NCBI RefSeq assembly: GCF_004010195.1
Contig: NC_057718.1
Location: 31,519,479-31,583,478, forward strand
Length of the DNA stretch: 64,000 bases
Source of the DNA: Chiloscyllium plagiosum
Taxonomy: Eukaryota
Direction of reading: 5' to 3'
Shown here one piece after another: positions 11,697 through 23,940 of this stretch (position 1 is its first letter; each line of letters begins with the position of its first letter). Both the position numbers and the translations under genes were made by a program. The notes under the pieces were generated by a model. That model was not told where the DNA came from. It did no database searches and saw nothing but the letters and a program-made list of their open reading frames with translations.

Positions 11697-12149
11697 TCTT
11701 CCCTGCAGCCAATGATAGCGTTTGAATTATCACATTAATTGAGATCAATCAATGCAGCAGCGATAAACTCTTAGAAAAGCCCTTTTATGCAGCAAGTGCT
11801 GGGAAGCACTGCCTCAGAGTGTGCTGGAGTCAAACTCAATCAAGGCCTTTGAAAGAGAATTGCACATTTAGCTCGAAACAATATTACATATCAAGGGTAA
11901 AAGGTAGGACGGTGGTGGGGCAGAGAGAGTGGTGTGAGATAAGCCAAGTTGCTCTTACTAAGAGCAAGTGTAGACCTGATGGACCAAATGGTACACTGCA
12001 ACCATTCTGTGTCTTTCCAGTGAGGGATAAAATCTGAAGCCTTTCATCTGTGTGGCTCAACAGTGTACCAGGTAGCTGATTTATCAGTGGACCCTCTGGG
12101 GGATTTGTTTGTAATTTGAAAATCCACTTCCTTCAACAATGCTTCGAAT

Positions 12150-12200
12150 TTCAATTGTGACATCAGCAAGACTCAGCAAAAGCGTGATGTCACAATTGAA
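12150..12200. repeat. Perfect 16-bp inverted repeat with 19-nt loop
   Basis: TTCAATTGTGACATCA (12150-12165) / TGATGTCACAATTGAA (12185-12200). Confidence 0.95.
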
Positions 12201-12477
12201 CATAAAAAGGCTTCAGGAAGGTCGGCAGTTTACAGGAAGATTGCTTCAAGATCAATTAAGGTAAAATTAGATTTTAGCGACTGCATAAAAACAAGACAGT
12301 CATCATAATTGGTTCATCCTTCAAACAAATTTGATCCCACTTGACTCACCTCATTCTACTTGCCTCCATAGTTAGATTCTACTTCCATTCTGTTGGATTT
12401 CTTCTCCTCCATGGAATAAATAGCCTCCTTGTATGACCAGAAATCAATAAGAACAAAAGTAGGCCATCAGCCCCTTG

Positions 12478-13815
12478 AGGAGAAAGTGAGGACTGCAGAT
12501 GCTGGAGATCAGAGCTGAAAATGTGTTGCTGGAAAAGCGCAGTAGGACAGGCAGCATCCAAGGAGCAGGAGAATCGATATTTTGGGCATAGGCCCTTCTT
12601 CAGGAATGAGGAAAGTGTGTCCAGCAGGCTAAGATAAAAGTTGGGAGGAGGGACTTGGGGGAGGGGCGTTGGAAATGCGATAGGTGGAAGGAGGTCAAGG
12701 TGAGGGTGATAGGCCGGAGTGGGGNNNNNNNNNNNNNNNNNNNNNNNNNNNNNNNNNNNNNNNNNNNNNNNNNNNNNNNNNNNNNNNNNNNNNNNNNNNN
12801 NNNNNNNNNNNNNNNNNNNNNNNNNNNNNNNNNNNNNNNNNNNNNNNNNNNNNNNNNNNNNNNNNNNNNNNNNNNNNNNNNNNNNNNNNNNNNNNNNNNN
12901 NNNNNNNNNNNNNNNNNNNNNNNNNNNNNNNNNNNNNNNNNNNNNNNNNNNNNNNNNNNNNNNNNNNNNNNNNNNNNNNNNNNNNNNNNNNNNNNNNNNN
13001 NNNNNNNNNNNNNNNNNNNNNNNNNNNNNNNNNNNNNNNNNNNNNNNNNNNNNNNNNNNNNNNNNNNNNNNNNNNNNNNNNNNNNNNNNNNNNNNNNNNN
13101 NNNNNNNNNNNNNNNNNNNNNNNNNNNNNNNNNNNNNNNNNNNNNNNNNNNNNNNNNNNNNNNNNNNNNNNNNNNNNNNNNNNNNNNNNNNNNNNNNNNN
13201 NNNNNNNNNNNNNNNNNNNNNNNNNNNNNNNNNNNNNNNNNNNNNNNNNNNNNNNNNNNNNNNNNNNNNNNNNNNNNNNNNNNNNNNNNNNNNNNNNNNN
13301 NNNNNNNNNNNNNNNNNNNNNNNNNNNNNNNNNNNNNNNNNNNNNNNNNNNNNNNNNNNNNNNNNNNNNNNNNNNNNNNNNNNNNNNNNNNNNNNNNNNN
13401 NNNNNNNNNNNNNNNNNNNNNNNNNNNNNNNNNNNNNNNNNNNNNNNNNNNNNNNNNNNNNNNNNNNNNNNNNNNNNNNNNNNNNNNNNNNNNNNNNNNN
13501 NNNNNNNNNNNNNNNNNNNNNNNNNNNNNNNTCTGAGATGGTCCAGGTGAATTTGAGGTCGGGGTGGAAGGTGTTGGTAAAGTGGATGAACTGTTCAACC
13601 TCCTCGTGGGAGCACGAGGCAGCGCCGATACAGTCATCGATGTAGCGGAGGAAAAGGTGGGGGGTGGTGCCAGTGTATCTGCGGAAGATGGACTGTTCCA
13701 CATATCCTACGAAGAGGCAGGCATAGCTGGGGCCCATGCGAGTGCCCATGGCTACTCCTTTGGTTTGGAGGAAGTAGGAGGATTGGCTACTCCTTTGGTT
13801 TGGAGGAAGTGGGAG
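12478..13815 (-). mobile_element. Penelope-like retroelement, 5'-truncated, RT fragment
   Basis: YFLQTKGVAMGTRMGPSYACLFVG...FLRYIDDCIG = PLE RT motifs; TSD gccccttg at 12470-12477 and 13816-13823; splits a minus-strand CR1 tail. Confidence 0.92.
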
Positions 13816-14629
13816 GCCCCTTGTGCCTGTTCCACCATTCAATAGGATCATGGCCAATCAACCATTCTTCTTCCAAACTGAACCACTTCATACGTATATT
13901 GAATTTATTTCCATTTGGCATTTATCTACCCATTGCAAATTTTGTTGTAATCTTCCACATTGTTAGTCAAAAACCCCCATGTAGTATTATCTGTAAAGTT
14001 TAACGCCATGAGTTGATTTAAGCTTCTGGCCTGCCTATTTCAGACTGTCAGCCCAGAGACCATTTAAAACCATTAGACAGGACTGACTCTCAGTCATACC
14101 TACAGGAATGATGATGTGCCTGTCAGGTACGATTGGGGTTTTAGATAGTAGGAAGCCGTGTGCAAGGATAATGTATGTGGTGGAGAGAGAGTGTGGAGAC
14201 AATTGCAGTGGATTGAATGGATAGGGATGCTCAGAGTTAGAAAGGCCCCAGGTTTCCTTGTGGATCTTGTGCTAATATTCCTCCTCGTCCTTTCTCAAAA
14301 GGAAAATACAAGGAGTGGGATCTTGCCAGCTCTCAATAGTGTGGTCCTTGATGGGTAATTCAGGAGAGTGATGTGAGAAGGCAAGGAAAATCTTTCGAAA
14401 TGTCGGCAGTGATATGTTGCATTTTCCAGCTAAGTTCAAGGCGTCAAGATGAGATTCTCATTAGTAAGTGGCTAGTGATCTATTAACAAGGATTACTACT
14501 CACTATCACTTTCTTTATTACTAAAGTTCACTTCATAAATTTGCACTGCCCTACTTGAACACCTGCCAGATAGAAACGAGTCACCAAGAATTCCCAATCT
14601 GAAAGTCAGAGTGAGTACCTGATGGTGGC

Positions 14630-14850
14630 ACCTACTCTTGAAGAGCAGACAAGGTCTTTGACTTCCTTCCTAACTGCTGGGCATTTCTCCAGCTGACTGA
14701 GTGGCAATCTCAGACCAGTTTAGCTGAATTTGGGATTGTATCCTCCTTTGGGAAGTGGAAGTCCTTCCTCTGTACCAACCCATCTTCCAGGACCTCCCAG
14801 GCCCTGCAAACATATTGGGGTGCCAACTTTCATTTGATCTGCCATGTCCA
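14630..14850 (-). pseudogene. Second decayed Harbinger-type Myb/SANT gene exon
   Basis: With frameshifts reads MADQ.KLAPQY..LEVLEDGLVQRKDFHFP...WSEIATQ..RKEVKDLVCSSR|gtagg; upstream aatgtcag..ggtgcacaac..ttttaaagatgg block shared with 4617-4692. Confidence 0.6.
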
Positions 14851-15030
14851 GGCCAAATACATGAACCATGGAATGTCAGGGTAACTCCTGACTGGCAGTT
14901 CATGATCAGGTGCACAACAACCTTTTAAAGATGGTAATGGCAAATTCCTTGGCTACAACAAGTGGGAGAATGGGCTAACATCAGACCAGAGGGACACCAT
15001 AGAGGCATAATAGGTAGTTAATGAAGCCAG

Positions 15031-15155
15031 GAGGAGAAAGTGAGGACTGCAGATGCTGGAGATCAGAGCTTAAAAATGTGTTGCTGGAAAAGCGCAGCAG
15101 GTCAGGCAGCATCAAAGGAACAGGAGAATCGATGTTTCGGGCATAAGCCCTTCTT
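15031..15155 (-). mobile_element. Short PLE terminal insertion (125 nt)
   Basis: Begins gaggagaaagtgaggactgcagatgctgg like 12478; 16-bp TSD tagttaatgaagc(c/a)ag at 15015-15030 and 15156-15171. Confidence 0.9.
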
Positions 15156-16319
15156 TAGTTAATGAAGCAAGTTTGGAACAATTGTGCAAGAAACTCACTA
15201 GGGCCTCATAGGGAGAAACTCAACAAAAATTGCACTTTGCCGAAATGTGTTAAAGTTCAGCCCAAGAACTTTAAACAAGTCCTTCTTGCAAGAGACTGTT
15301 AATGGCATCATTATGAACTGTTCTGCATAATTAAACAAAGCAGCTTGATGATATTGCACAAGTGACCTAGGTGCCTGCAATCAACAGGATCTGGTGGCTA
15401 ATTTCAATTGAGACATTATCTGCCCTATTATAATTGCACTCCTGGCTCAATTTTCATTAGACGGGATGGATTAAAGGTTTCACACACATCCAGCATGATA
15501 TCCAATTTCTGATCACAAATGATTTATCATTATGCCAAACCATGATTGTCCCATCACACATCACTGCTGGGTATTACTTCCCACTTTAACACTTGCTCTC
15601 TGTTTTTTTTTTGTTTGATAGCCATCTTTCTATTACCTGCCCACTGAATCCACATGAAAGGACCTTTGCCTTAAGCCTATGTCTTACCAATGGCATTCTG
15701 AAAATATGTATTAACAACATTGCTAAAAAAAGTATTAACAACATTTATTGCACTTCTCTTGTCTACTCAAAAAGAATCAGAAGGTTGGTTAAGCATGAGT
15801 TTTGTAAAAACTGATTTGCTTTTATTCTGTTCAATGTGCTAAAACATCAGCATAGCATTATATAAATGGATATACATATATACCGTAAAGGGCAGAATGT
15901 GTGTGCTCTTTTAATGCCCATGATCAGAATGTTTTGTGTGAAGCAGCTGTGGTTTTTTATTTTACCCTTTGTACATCCTAATTTAATCACAATAATACAG
16001 AAACAAAGTTTTGTAAGTTTAAAACTAAAGTGGTTATTTTGTCTCATACTCTTACACAAAATCAATCACAACACCTCATACATTCATTCTCACAGTCCCT
16101 CTCTCATGTATAATGATTCGATACAGGGGTGGGGTATAGATTATAGTGTTCACAGTCTATGATTAACACTCTCCACTCTCCTACATGGTAGGCTTGTAGC
16201 TGCTTTGATGACTTTAAAGTTGAAGGGAGGGTCTTGTAAAGTGAAGGGCATCACAGCTATTTGTGAGGATTCCAATAATCAAATTCACAAGAGAGTGCCA
16301 GATGAACTTGAACTTAGAG

Positions 16320-16402
16320 GAGAAAGTGAGGTCTGCAGATGCTGGAGATCAGAGATGGAACTGTGTTGCTGGAAAAGCGCAGCAGGTCAGGCAGCATCTA
16401 GG
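16320..16402 (-). mobile_element. Short PLE terminal insertion (83 nt)
   Basis: Same terminus; perfect 16-bp TSD gaacttgaacttagag at 16304-16319 and 16403-16418. Confidence 0.9.
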
Positions 16403-17896
16403 GAACTTGAACTTAGAGCAAGTTGAGGAGAAGTTTCCTCTGTTGGGATTTTCCATTTTCAAAATATTGCTATTAATTAACTTGACTGCTTGATGATTTG
16501 AAGCTAGCTCATCGATTTCCTTTCTGACAAACTGAATTGTTGGTTCAATGGCTTTGGTGAAACTTCTGAAGATTCTAGCCATTCCTTTAAGCAGATCAAT
16601 GAAACATAATTAACCATGTAACTCTTTATAGGTTCAAAGTCTTTCCCAATTAATGGCTGGAGTTCATGTTTAATCCAAAAACGTGTTGTAGTTTAACACT
16701 TTTGAGATTTACCCAATAGAGTTTGAAAGGGGAGAAACCAACATGACAATCAAATGTTGATAATGACCAATCATTTTTATTTGCACAAATTGGATTTTGA
16801 CCTTTCCTTTTGTGCAGGCAGGAAGCAGTCTGGAAATTCTGTCATTCTTGTGTGTTGACCCATCCTTAAACAAAGAGATGTGCAAATTCCCTGGATGACT
16901 GCACGTGTTCATACTTAATGAGGTATTCACTAGAGACTTGATGCTGCATTTGACTAAAATGCCAAAGGTCTTGTGATTTGCAGCAGCCATTTTAATAGCT
17001 AGTTTGTGTCCAGGTTCTAGATAGATTGACTGAAAATCTCTGCATTGGCCACAATAATACAAAGCAAGCAAGCATGGTAAAAAATACCATCTAGTGACAA
17101 AGTGCTACCCAGCGTAGTTTGACTCCTCATTGATAACATTTGCCCTACAAGCCTTTGAAAATTATTGAACCAACCTTTAATAAACGTAAAGTGGTCAGTC
17201 AATCCTATCTGTGCTGATGAAAGTACAACTGATCATCCTTGCAGAGGTGGCTGAGGAGCGAAAGTACTTTAACTGAGACACATTACGTGCTAATGCAAAT
17301 GTCAGGGAAAGTTCAACAGCAGCAACACTGAATCCCAGCCGACGCAATCATGCCCTAACACATTCTGAGACAAGAAATGCTATCGGGACAAACGTACTTG
17401 GCAGCTGAGAGGCTCATTATTCAGAATGATTATTTTGAAGATTAAGATCAAAACTTAGTTGTGAAGTACAAGGCTGTCTTACCAAAAGAAAAAATGTTGT
17501 CCATTTTCTTTCAAAAATTAAGCAAGATTGTATTATTAGAAGGTTAAGAATTAGACAAATACTAATTACAGGAATAAATCAAAGAAGTGTGAGCTTGTCT
17601 TATGAAGTTGAACATTGGTTTGTCGAGATGATTAAACATACTTGTGGTTTTATTGTCTAACTTCCTAATTCATACAGAATTAATTTTAGCCATGTATTAA
17701 TTTATTTTAAACATACAGCATCTATAAAAGCACTTTAACCCTTTGAATATTGAACTGTTCACAATTTACTGCAAAAAATATGAAGGAATATAAAAGTAAT
17801 GCCTGTTCAATATCCAGAAATAGAAGAAAGGTAAATACATGGAATTTTTCTCTTTCCTTTTCACCCAAAGACTCTGAATTACACTAGAGTAAAGAA

Positions 17897-18433
17897 TGGA
17901 AAGTTGCATTTATATGGCACCTTTCCCAACATTGGCGCATAGCAGGAAATGTGGTAAGCAAACTTGTACACAGCAAGGTCTCACATGCAGAAACGTGATA
18001 ACCCTTTTTTTTGTGCCAGAATCATAGAATCCCTAGAGTGTGGAAGCAAGCCATTCAGCCCATCGAGGCCATATCCACCGTCTGAAGAGCATCCCACTCA
18101 GACTCACCCCTCTACCCTATCCCTGTAACCCTGTATTTCCTGTCGTTAATCCATCTATCCTGCACATCCTGGGATTGTATGGGGAGTTAAGCATGGCCAA
18201 TCCACCTAACCTGCTCATCTTTGGACTGTGGGAGGAAACCAGAGCATCCAGAGGAAACCCACACTAACATGGGGAGGATGTGCCAAGTCCACACAGACAG
18301 TAGCCCAAAGCTGGAATTGAACCCTGATCCCTGGTGCTGTGAGGCAGCAGTGCTAACCGCTGGGGTATGCTGCCCCAAATGTCTCATGCAAAAGATGGCA
18401 CCTTCAGTAATGAGGAAACTCTGCAGTACTGCA
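17897..18433 (-). mobile_element. Decayed DeuSINE-type element interrupted by HE1 SINE
   Basis: ttgcatttatatggcacctttc..cacagcaaggtctcaca (17897-18003) and gatggcaccttcag..cagtactgcac (18388-18433). Confidence 0.5.
18018..18375 (-). mobile_element. HE1-type V-SINE, full length
   Basis: tRNA head ggttagcactgctgcctcacagc..gggttcaattcc, V-domain gtgggtttcctctggatgctctggtttcctcccacagtccaaagatg, CR1-like tail gggattctatgattct. Confidence 0.9.
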
Positions 18434-20303
18434 CCCAATAATTCCTTCGATTTAATAGACCTCATAGTAATTGTTAGTACACTATTCTCCACAAGAAAAA
18501 TCAATTTACACAAGTGCAATTCCATCCTCAGAGGCCCAACCTCCAAACATGACTTTCCCAAAAAAGAGGGTGAGTGAAAACCTTACCTGATTTTCCCCCT
18601 CCCCATTTACTGGCAATACAATTTTGTGCAGCACCCTTAAGTCCATCTCAGCTGAGGCCAGCTAAATGAAGCACGGATCTGGAGGGGGGTTTTTAAAGAC
18701 AAATAATCTTAGTTGAATAATCTGGAAATCCTAAGCTTTTAAAGAATTTCTCCATGCTGAATGAAAATAGGCTGACTGTTTATTAAGGGTTATGTTACTA
18801 GGTCCCAGCACAGGCAATTCATCTCTCAACTGGCACCTGATTCAAATTTGCTTACAAATCTTCTCCAGAAGCAAGAAAGAAAGGGGATATTGAAGTGACG
18901 AGTGGACTCTATAGTCCTGAGCGGAAAATGTGGTCAGTATGATTACCTGCACTAATCCCTTGAGCCTGGTCATTGCCGAAAAAATCTGTTGCACAAATTG
19001 GCCGGCATTTAACTTGAAATCCATTTGTTAATTTTGTAAACACCACTGTTGCTATTTCACCTTGACATGATATTGACAGTGCAATCCTAATCCTACAGGA
19101 AGGAAGTATCATGTTACCGCCTGCTTCAGGAGAGTGGTCTGGTCTATCCTCACCTGAAGGGATTTGGTAAAAACTTATTGACAAGAAAGGAAACATTGTG
19201 AGATGCAGGCCCCAGGTGAAGTCAACCTGATTGCCATTTTCCTTTAATTATGCTAAATAGTCAAATTTACACTGCAGAAATGGTCCATACTTTTTATTTC
19301 TTTACACGGACTGACACTAATAAGTTCACCGCTGTAGGTCATGACATCATGCATTCCTTAATTTAGCTAAATGGGTCCAAATGGGAGGGCTGATGCTATA
19401 ACTTTTAAATGCTTTTCCTGCCGAAGGATTATGTTCGGTTTCACAGGATCTGAACAGCAACTCTGAAAATATGATACTCAAAATCACAAGGCTATATCAT
19501 ATTTATATTACAGAGACAGGAAGGCACCGTCAGGCAACTGCTGCTGAATATATTCAGCAAAGATGCTGGCTATCAGCCAGAGCACTAAACTCTCTAATGA
19601 ATCATTATAAATTAAAAATAGAGACAATTTAAAATACGACTGTTTTTTATGGAAGGTGCTGTGTGGTTAAAATGCAAACAAAACCGATTTGTTTACACTT
19701 TAAATATGCCTACGCTGGACAGAAAGAATAGTTATGAGGATATCCCCTGTATCTGAAATATAGTCATCAACACCTGAAGTACTTGAATGTGAATAGGGAG
19801 ATCTGTAGTGCACAACGTACTTGTTCGATGGTTTGGCACAGTTAGAAATCAAATCCAAGATGATACAACATTTTCCCAAGTGACAACACAAAGCTCAAAT
19901 TACTTGGGAGGTAATCATTTGCAACATGTTGAACAGCCAGTTTAGTGGTACTACAAGTTAGCTTGGACAGACATGAGAGACCTGGAGTAAGTCTCCAAAG
20001 GATTTTGCTCTGTAGTGTCTTTCTTTCTTTTCAAAGAATTGAAGTTTGCACAATTAGGAGGCTCCAGTGCTGGTTCGCCTCAACACACATTTCTTCATTT
20101 CACAGTGCAACTTCATTCCATGTTAATTACAAGGAGTATTCTGCATTCACCCAAGCAGGTGCTTGATAATGTGTATGTGACATATCTATTATTATATTTA
20201 TCTGTAATATTTTTATGAATCAATAAAAGCCTTGAGAATTTCATGCTCTTTCTGTATGCATGAATTTTAGACTCTGTCCCAACATTTCATATTAGAAAAC
20301 TAG

Positions 20304-20658
20304 GGGGAGGCAATGGCCTAGTGGTATTGTTACTGGACTATTAATCCAGAGACCCAGGCAATGCTGTGGGGACCTGCATTTGAATCCTACCATGGCAGAT
20401 GGTGGAATTTGAATTCAATTTTTTAAAAAATTTGGAATTAAGGGTCTAACAATGATGATAAATCCATTGCCGATTGTCGGGACAAAACCCATCTAGTTCA
20501 CTAATGTCCTTTATGGAAGAAAACTGCCATCCTTACCTGATTTGGCCTACATATGACTCTAGAACCACAGCAGTGTGGTTGGTTCTTAATTGTCCAGAGG
20601 GATGGGCAACAAATACTGGCCTAGTCAGCGACAGCCACATCCTGTGAATGAATAAAAA
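20304..20658 (+). mobile_element. tRNA-derived SINE (family not assigned)
   Basis: A-box-like TGGCCTAGTGG (20314), B-box-like gcatttgaatcc (20376), body gttcactaatgtccttt..ctgccatccttacct, tail gaatgaataaaaa. Confidence 0.8.
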
Positions 20659-21129
20659 TGCTCCATCTACTGAATGCACACCCATATATGTATACCTATA
20701 TAACAAATACTAAAAGTCCCGAGGATCAAAAATACTCTCACAGCATCTGAAAAATGTTCAATCAGGCCATTGTGTTGCCATAGGCTTAACCACAAAAGAA
20801 GAAGCTTCTGCATCACTGTAAATGAGGTAAAAAGAGATTTTCCAGGTCGTTCCAGCTCAACTCATTGACAGACAGTCAAGTTGTAATCAAACTCAGGGGC
20901 TTCCTCACAGGAATGATGAACCACGTAGCCTGTGATTTTCATCTCCTGTATGAAGTAGGGGGTTTATTTCTCTCCATGCTGCTGATGGCACAGCCCTATG
21001 GAAAATAGCTCTGAAATAAGCAATAATGGTCTTGGGTTCCCTAAATCATAGAAGCAAGGATATAAGATTGCCACTTGTGTCTCCATAGAGGCAAAGAGAT
21101 TTCCTAATATTAAGGGGATTATCATCTGG

Positions 21130-21480
21130 GAAATTAGAATGTGGTAGAGTCTTCGGGTTGTTTGCCACTCTCAAAATGGTACTCCTTGTTGGGAGACAGC
21201 TGAAAATGATGATATACTGAAGGAATCTAGTCTAGACTATGGCACTAATAGGTGGTATTGGGGATTCCATGGTTAAGGTCAGGTAATTTCATAGTGGTCA
21301 TTGCAAGTCCTGTATGGTGTGTTGCTTCCCTAGTGTCAGGATAAAGGTCATCACAGAGAGGCTACAGAACAATTTGCAGGAGGAAGGATGTGAGACAGAT
21401 GTTGTAGTGCATGGCAGTACCTATGACATGCAGAAGGCATTGCCCATGCAATGAGAACCAACATATAGAAGTTGAAAAGA
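21130..21480 (+). mobile_element. Highly decayed CR1 ORF1 esterase fragment
   Basis: ggtattggggattccatggttaagg (IGDSMV), atggtgtgttgcttccctagtgtcagg (MVCCFPSVR), gtagtgcatggcagtacctatgac. Confidence 0.65.
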
Positions 21481-22649
21481 GCAATTTAACGTATAAAAGG
21501 AACACTTTCGACAGAACTGGAGAAGGAAGCAGTATTCTATTAAATAAGAGCAAGTGAAGAAGAACTGTGATAAATACAGAGCAGATTCATAAGAACATAA
21601 AGTGCATGAGCAGACAATTAATCCCTCAAGCCTGCTCTGCCATTTAATACAGCCTTGTTTGATCTCATTATGGCCTCAACTCCAATTTCCTGCCCACTCT
21701 CCATAATCCTTCACTATTAATTAAAAATTTGTCCATCTCCTCCTTAAATTTACTCAGAGTCCTAGCATCCTCTGCACTCGGGATAGTGAATTCCATAGAT
21801 CCATGACACTTTGAGAGAGATCTGTTTCAGATCTGTTTCAAATCTGCCTCTGCTTATCAACCAAGAAGCATTCAGAGTGAGAGGAATAAAGAGGTGTCTT
21901 AGAAGCATGTGGAGTTCAAGGCTGGAATATGAGCTCTCTTAAAGGGCGACATTCATGGGATCATGATTCCAGTGATTATACTATGATGTAATCTACCTTC
22001 AATACACAGTGGAATCACAACAACCCTCATACCATCCTAACCAAGGATAACAAGGTCCAGGCAGCAGGCTTTAGAGGGATGGTATGGCCTGATATCCTGC
22101 CCTTCTTTCGTGTTTACTTCTGTGCCCAGGTGTCCTTGGAGAGGGAGCATGCAGTGTCCATTGACATATTTGAGGTCTTCTATGGCCATGTTGGGCACTG
22201 CAGAGGCTGGAGTGCATTATTCACCTTAATCCTGGCATTTTAACTGGAATTTTGTTCACTTAAATTCTTAAAACTTTATTTCTGTTGCAGTACCACTTAA
22301 TTCTGGCAGCTTTTAATCTGCTTTAATTTGGCTTATTTGTATTAATTTGTTTCAAATAATTTTAAATAGCTTTAAATACAGTCTTCGTACTTTCCAATTC
22401 TCACCTCCACTTGCTTTATGCCACATTCCAGAAAGATTGACTTTTTTTTATTTGATTGATTGATTCATTTGATAAAATGCTGACTTTTATTTTCAACCTG
22501 GTCTCTGATATCATCACCTCAGCAAAACTATCAGTGCATGCACAAACTTTGCCCTGGACCAACAGTGCAGGACAGGATCTAAATATTTAATGAGTGCTTT
22601 GTGGCAGTGTTTGCTCAGGGAAACAATGCTGATAAAATATGAGTAGAAG

Positions 22650-23940
22650 CAAAGATGGCAGAGCTGAAGAACAGGCTGAAAATTGAAGGCAGGATGCACC
22701 AAAAAGGCCGAGCTTGGATAGAGTGGATAACTTGCCTAGTCCGAATGGCTTGGGTCCCAGGTTGCTAAGGGAAGTGAAAGTAAACATAACTGTAGGATTT
22801 GCCATAATCTTCCCTTTTTCCAAAACTATTGGGGGAGGCACCAAAGGTTTAGAAACTGGCAAATGCGACCCCCTTTTTTTCAAAAAGATGTGTAAGAGTG
22901 TTCCTAATAACTTCAGGCTGGTGAATTTTACATCATTGGTGAGTAGGGTTATAGAAACAACAATCGAAGAAAATATTAGCAGACATTTGGAGAGTTTTGA
23001 GCTCATTAAGGAAAGACAACATGCATTTGTAAAAAGGCAAATCACGTTTGCTTAATCTTACTGATTTTTTTGATTAAGTAATAGAAATGGTTAGTGGCGG
23101 AAAGGAATCTGAACTATATGATTTAAGAAAACATTTGACAAAGTATTGCATAAAAAGTTGATTAACAAAATTAACATTCGTGGAACGGGAGGATCTGTGT
23201 CAGATTGAGTGAAAAGTTAGCTTCAGGACAGGAAACTAAAAATTCTGGTAAAACGTTTCTTTGCAGACTGGACTAGATAGTGGTCCAGGCAAGAAATATT
23301 GCTTTTTAGACATATATAGATTACTTGAATAATGGAAGACAGAGCAAAATTTCAACGTTTTCTGATATTAACAAATGTGGAGAAGTGACAAACAGTAGAT
23401 ATGATTTCAATTGACTGCAACATGACATAAAAAGGCCAGTAGAATGGGTTGGCAAGTAGTAAATGGAATTTATTGCAAAGTTGCATTTTGTCAAAAGGGA
23501 TAGGGTGAGTCAATGTATATTTATTGGCACCGGTCTGAAGAATGCATAGAGCCATAAAATGGCCAGCCATATTATGAGAGTAAGTCACAAAAATTATGGG
23601 GTCCTGGGCTTTGTAAATAGAGGCTTTGAAAATCAAGAGCAGGGATGAAAAGTTCTTACCTGTATATTAAATAAAGAAAACATGTTGCCACTTATTCATG
23701 AATCATGGACTAAGGGAGACAGTTTCAAGATTTTGGGCAAGTAGCAATTATGCCTTGGTGTCTACACAGATGGTAGCAATGGAGTCAATCAATTATTTCA
23801 AAATAAGTTAGGACAGCCACTTGAAGGAACTAATCAGGCTACGGAGATAGTGGGGAGAAATGGAACTGTCAGGGTTGCTATACAAAAAAAGCAGCATTAA
23901 CTCACTGAGTCAAATGGTTTTCATTATGACTTTATGACAA
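22650..23940 (+). mobile_element. Decayed CR1 ORF2 (RT to 3' end)
   Basis: SPNGLGPRLLREV, NNFRLVNFTSLV, LIKERQHAFVK motifs with many disruptions. Confidence 0.8.

Noticed and set aside
8389..13857. Long ORFs (220-490 aa) in the ORF track
   Set aside because: They are mostly X-runs across N-gaps; the real residues belong to CR1 or Penelope elements
15015..16418. Direct repeats flanking short inserts as a CRISPR-like array
   Set aside because: Each repeat pair is different and the inserts are the same PLE end, so these are TSDs; there are no cas genes and the context is eukaryotic
16818..16922. Exon-like segment after ctttccttttgtgcag
   Set aside because: Stops in all three frames and a weak donor
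18300..18375. tRNA gene
   Set aside because: tRNA-derived head of the HE1 SINE; likewise 20304-20390
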